Part shown: piece after piece, positions 62,550 through 64,000 of the stretch
Numbering within the stretch: the first letter of the stretch is position 1
How the letters are laid out: the number at the start of each line of letters is the position of its first letter
Assembly (NCBI GenBank): GCA_046705285.1
Contig: JBJKQK010000168.1
Coordinates: 1,276 to 65,275, forward strand
Source: Terriglobia bacterium
GTDB taxonomy: Bacteria; Acidobacteriota; Terriglobia; UBA7540
DNA: 64,000 nucleotides
Reading direction: 5' to 3'
Made by a program: the position numbers and the translations under genes
The notes under the pieces: generated by a model
The model's input: the letters and a program-made list of their open reading frames with translations, nothing else
Told to the model about the DNA's origin: nothing
The model's database searches: none

Positions 62550-62909
62550 ATGTCGCAGATTCTTATTGCCGGAACAGCCTGGACAGCACGCGCGCTGTTG
62601 CGGGCGCAGTTGATCGAAGAAGGCTTTGAAGCGGAGGCCTTTGACACCGTCGGCAACGCGGTGCAGCGCCTTTGGGCCAGCCGGACGATGCCGGCGCTGC
62701 TGATTGTGGACCTTTTCGAGAGCGAGAACCCGGCGGGAGATATCACCACGCTTTCTGATTGGGCGAAGCTCCTGCCCATCTGGGTATTGGCGGGGCACGC
62801 CGCCAGCAGTTCGGAGGCGCTGGAAGGCCGTGGCTTTGAAAGAGTCCTTTTCCGTCCTCTCGATGTGGGAAAGCTGGTGAAGGAGATCAAGGGGCGGCTG
62901 CCGGGTTGA
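62550..62909 (+). CDS. stand-alone degenerate receiver (REC-like) domain protein
   Basis: 119 aa with alternating beta/alpha REC-like pattern: QILIAGTAW (beta1, lacking the acidic DD pair), ALLIVDL (beta3, with Asp), IWVLAGH (beta4, with no Thr/Ser), VLFRPLD (beta5, Arg where REC domains have Lys). Confidence 0.55.
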   Translation: MSQILIAGTAWTARALLRAQLIEEGFEAEAFDTVGNAVQRLWASRTMPALLIVDLFESENPAGDITTLSDWAKLLPIWVLAGHAASSSEALEGRGFERVLFRPLDVGKLVKEIKGRLPG

Positions 62910-63019
62910 GAGGTAAGGGACCGCGGGTGTTCCACCAGTCGGTGCAGCGCAGTCGCAACTCCGCCACGCGCTGTCGTTTACGTGCCTCCGAAACTTCACA
63001 TGGAGAGTGCGGAGGAAGG

Positions 63020-63037
63020 AAAAAGCACACAGTGTGC
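63020..63037 (-). terminator. short terminator-like hairpin after aguA
   Basis: On the - strand, GCACAC-t-GTGTGC (63025-63037) is followed by TTTTT (A-run 63020-63024 on +), about 25 nt after the aguA stop. The loop is very short, so the effective stem is about 5 bp. Confidence 0.3.
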
Positions 63038-63061
63038 AACGCATACCGTGGTTACCACACC

Positions 63062-64000
63062 TTATAGCACTGAGGGTTGCTGCTGGGTAAGGCAATGGAG
63101 GGTTCCCAAGCCCCAGACCAGATCGACGGCATGAATCCCGACCACGGGGCGATCAGTGAACAATTCCGCCAGCGTTCCGAGCGCAATACGATCCTTCGGA
63201 TCGTTGAAGGTGGGGACCAGAACCACCGCGTTGGCGATATAGAAGTTGGCGTAACTGGCGGGCAGGCGCTGGCCGTCGAAAAAAACAGGGCTCGGCATGG
63301 GAAGCGGAACCACCTCGATGCGCGAGCCGTCTTCCAGGCGCATATCCTTGAGCCGCTCGCGATTTTCCTGGAGAATGGCGTAATTGGGATCGGCGGGATT
63401 TTCTTCGCTGCACAGCACTACGGTTTTCGCATTGACGAAGCGGCACAGGTCATCCACATGGCCGTGGGTATCGTCACCTGCGATGCCGCGACCGAGCCAC
63501 AGGATGTTTTGCACGCCGAGGTTCTCTCGCAGGGCTACCTCAATCTGTTCCTTGCCCAATCCGGGGTTTCGCACCTGGACTTTCGGGTCGAGCAGGCACT
63601 CTTCCGTGGTCAGGAGCGTTCCCTTGCCGTTGACGTCAATACTGCCCCCTTCCAGCACGAAGTCGTGTTTTCCCGCCTTGGCCGGAAGCAGCGGAATCTT
63701 GAGCGAACGAGCAGCGCGCTGGGGGATCAGGTCGTCGTTGTGCCATTCGGGATACTTTGCCCAGGCGTTAAAGCGAAAGCGGACCACCGCGAGCCTACGC
63801 GGTGAAGTTGCCCTCTTCAAGAAGATGGGGCCAAAGTCCCGCGTCCATCCGCGATCCGTCGGAAAACGAAAAAATTCCACGCGCTTGAGATCGACGCCGG
63901 CGCGCTGAATAACGCGCCGGGCGCGGGCCTCATGCTCTTTAGAATTGACCAGGATGCGAACGGTTTCGCCGGGCGAGAGCTTACGGACAATCTCGCTATA
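63062..64000 (-). CDS. aguA: agmatine deiminase (5' end outside the window)
   Basis: The frame stays open to base 64000 (YSEIVRKLSPGETVRILVNSKEHEARARRVIQRAGVDLKR precedes the listed start). Motifs: WTRDFGPIF, GGSIDVNGKGTLLTTEECLL, GTLHCLTQQQP (catalytic Cys). Confidence 0.9.
   Translation of the reverse strand, partial: YSEIVRKLSPGETVRILVNSKEHEARARRVIQRAGVDLKRVEFFRFPTDRGWTRDFGPIFLKRATSPRRLAVVRFRFNAWAKYPEWHNDDLIPQRAARSLKIPLLPAKAGKHDFVLEGGSIDVNGKGTLLTTEECLLDPKVQVRNPGLGKEQIEVALRENLGVQNILWLGRGIAGDDTHGHVDDLCRFVNAKTVVLCSEENPADPNYAILQENRERLKDMRLEDGSRIEVVPLPMPSPVFFDGQRLPASYANFYIANAVVLVPTFNDPKDRIALGTLAELFTDRPVVGIHAVDLVWGLGTLHCLTQQQPSVL

Noticed and set aside
1-64000. CRISPR arrays, IS elements, integrases, phage genes, toxin-antitoxin pairs and known defence-system genes
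   Set aside because: I found no regularly spaced repeats, no transposase-, integrase- or recombinase-like ORFs, and no nuclease or ATPase pairs typical of defence islands. The window looks like core chromosome with a few lineage-specific envelope genes.

Overview
The window is a moderately GC-rich bacterial chromosomal segment that is densely coding. I found no rRNA, tRNA, CRISPR array, transposase or integrase. The gene content suggests an Acidobacteriota-like genome: a tricorn-type protease, a GH79-like hydrolase, a FecR-domain protein with Trp-rich repeats, and many LiaF/DUF4097-type membrane proteins. This taxonomic guess is inference, not tested.

About two thirds of the window is housekeeping:
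- aroA, eno, a yebC-family gene, tldD-pmbA, hisS-aspS, mutL and cmk.
- The classic tig-clpP-clpX-lon block next to rho.
- suhB, a fused moaD-moaE and aguA (runs off the right edge).
- A split-type methylmalonyl-CoA mutase large subunit, a C-terminal processing peptidase and a tricorn-like protease.

The remainder is poorly characterised envelope or secreted genes.

The observations I consider most worth a second look:
1. A sigma/anti-sigma-linked five-gene membrane module built from a repeated xWP[VA]L[LI]I..G TM hairpin (1-3350).
2. A monocistronic 608-aa all-helical coiled-coil protein with an unusual upstream region (7127-9340).
3. Back-to-back near-consensus promoters. One drives a small conserved-looking acidic protein plus an orphan AmmeMemoRadiSam-B gene. 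The other drives a mini membrane protein, an acyl-CoA mutase and a beta-CASP nuclease (9341-14097).
4. A 400-nt spacer before the gamma-CA/hisS/aspS genes holding two successive terminator-like hairpins and clustered CTCTGTG/CTCCGTG heptamers. This is a candidate sRNA or attenuator.
5. A decayed, twice-frameshifted and truncated proline-iminopeptidase-like pseudogene next to a possibly inserted secreted-protein gene.
6. A MoaD-MoaE fusion.
7. A degenerate, possibly leaderless receiver-domain protein.

I did not recognise a clear defence, toxin or mobile system. All family assignments come from motif recognition by eye and need HMM or BLAST confirmation.
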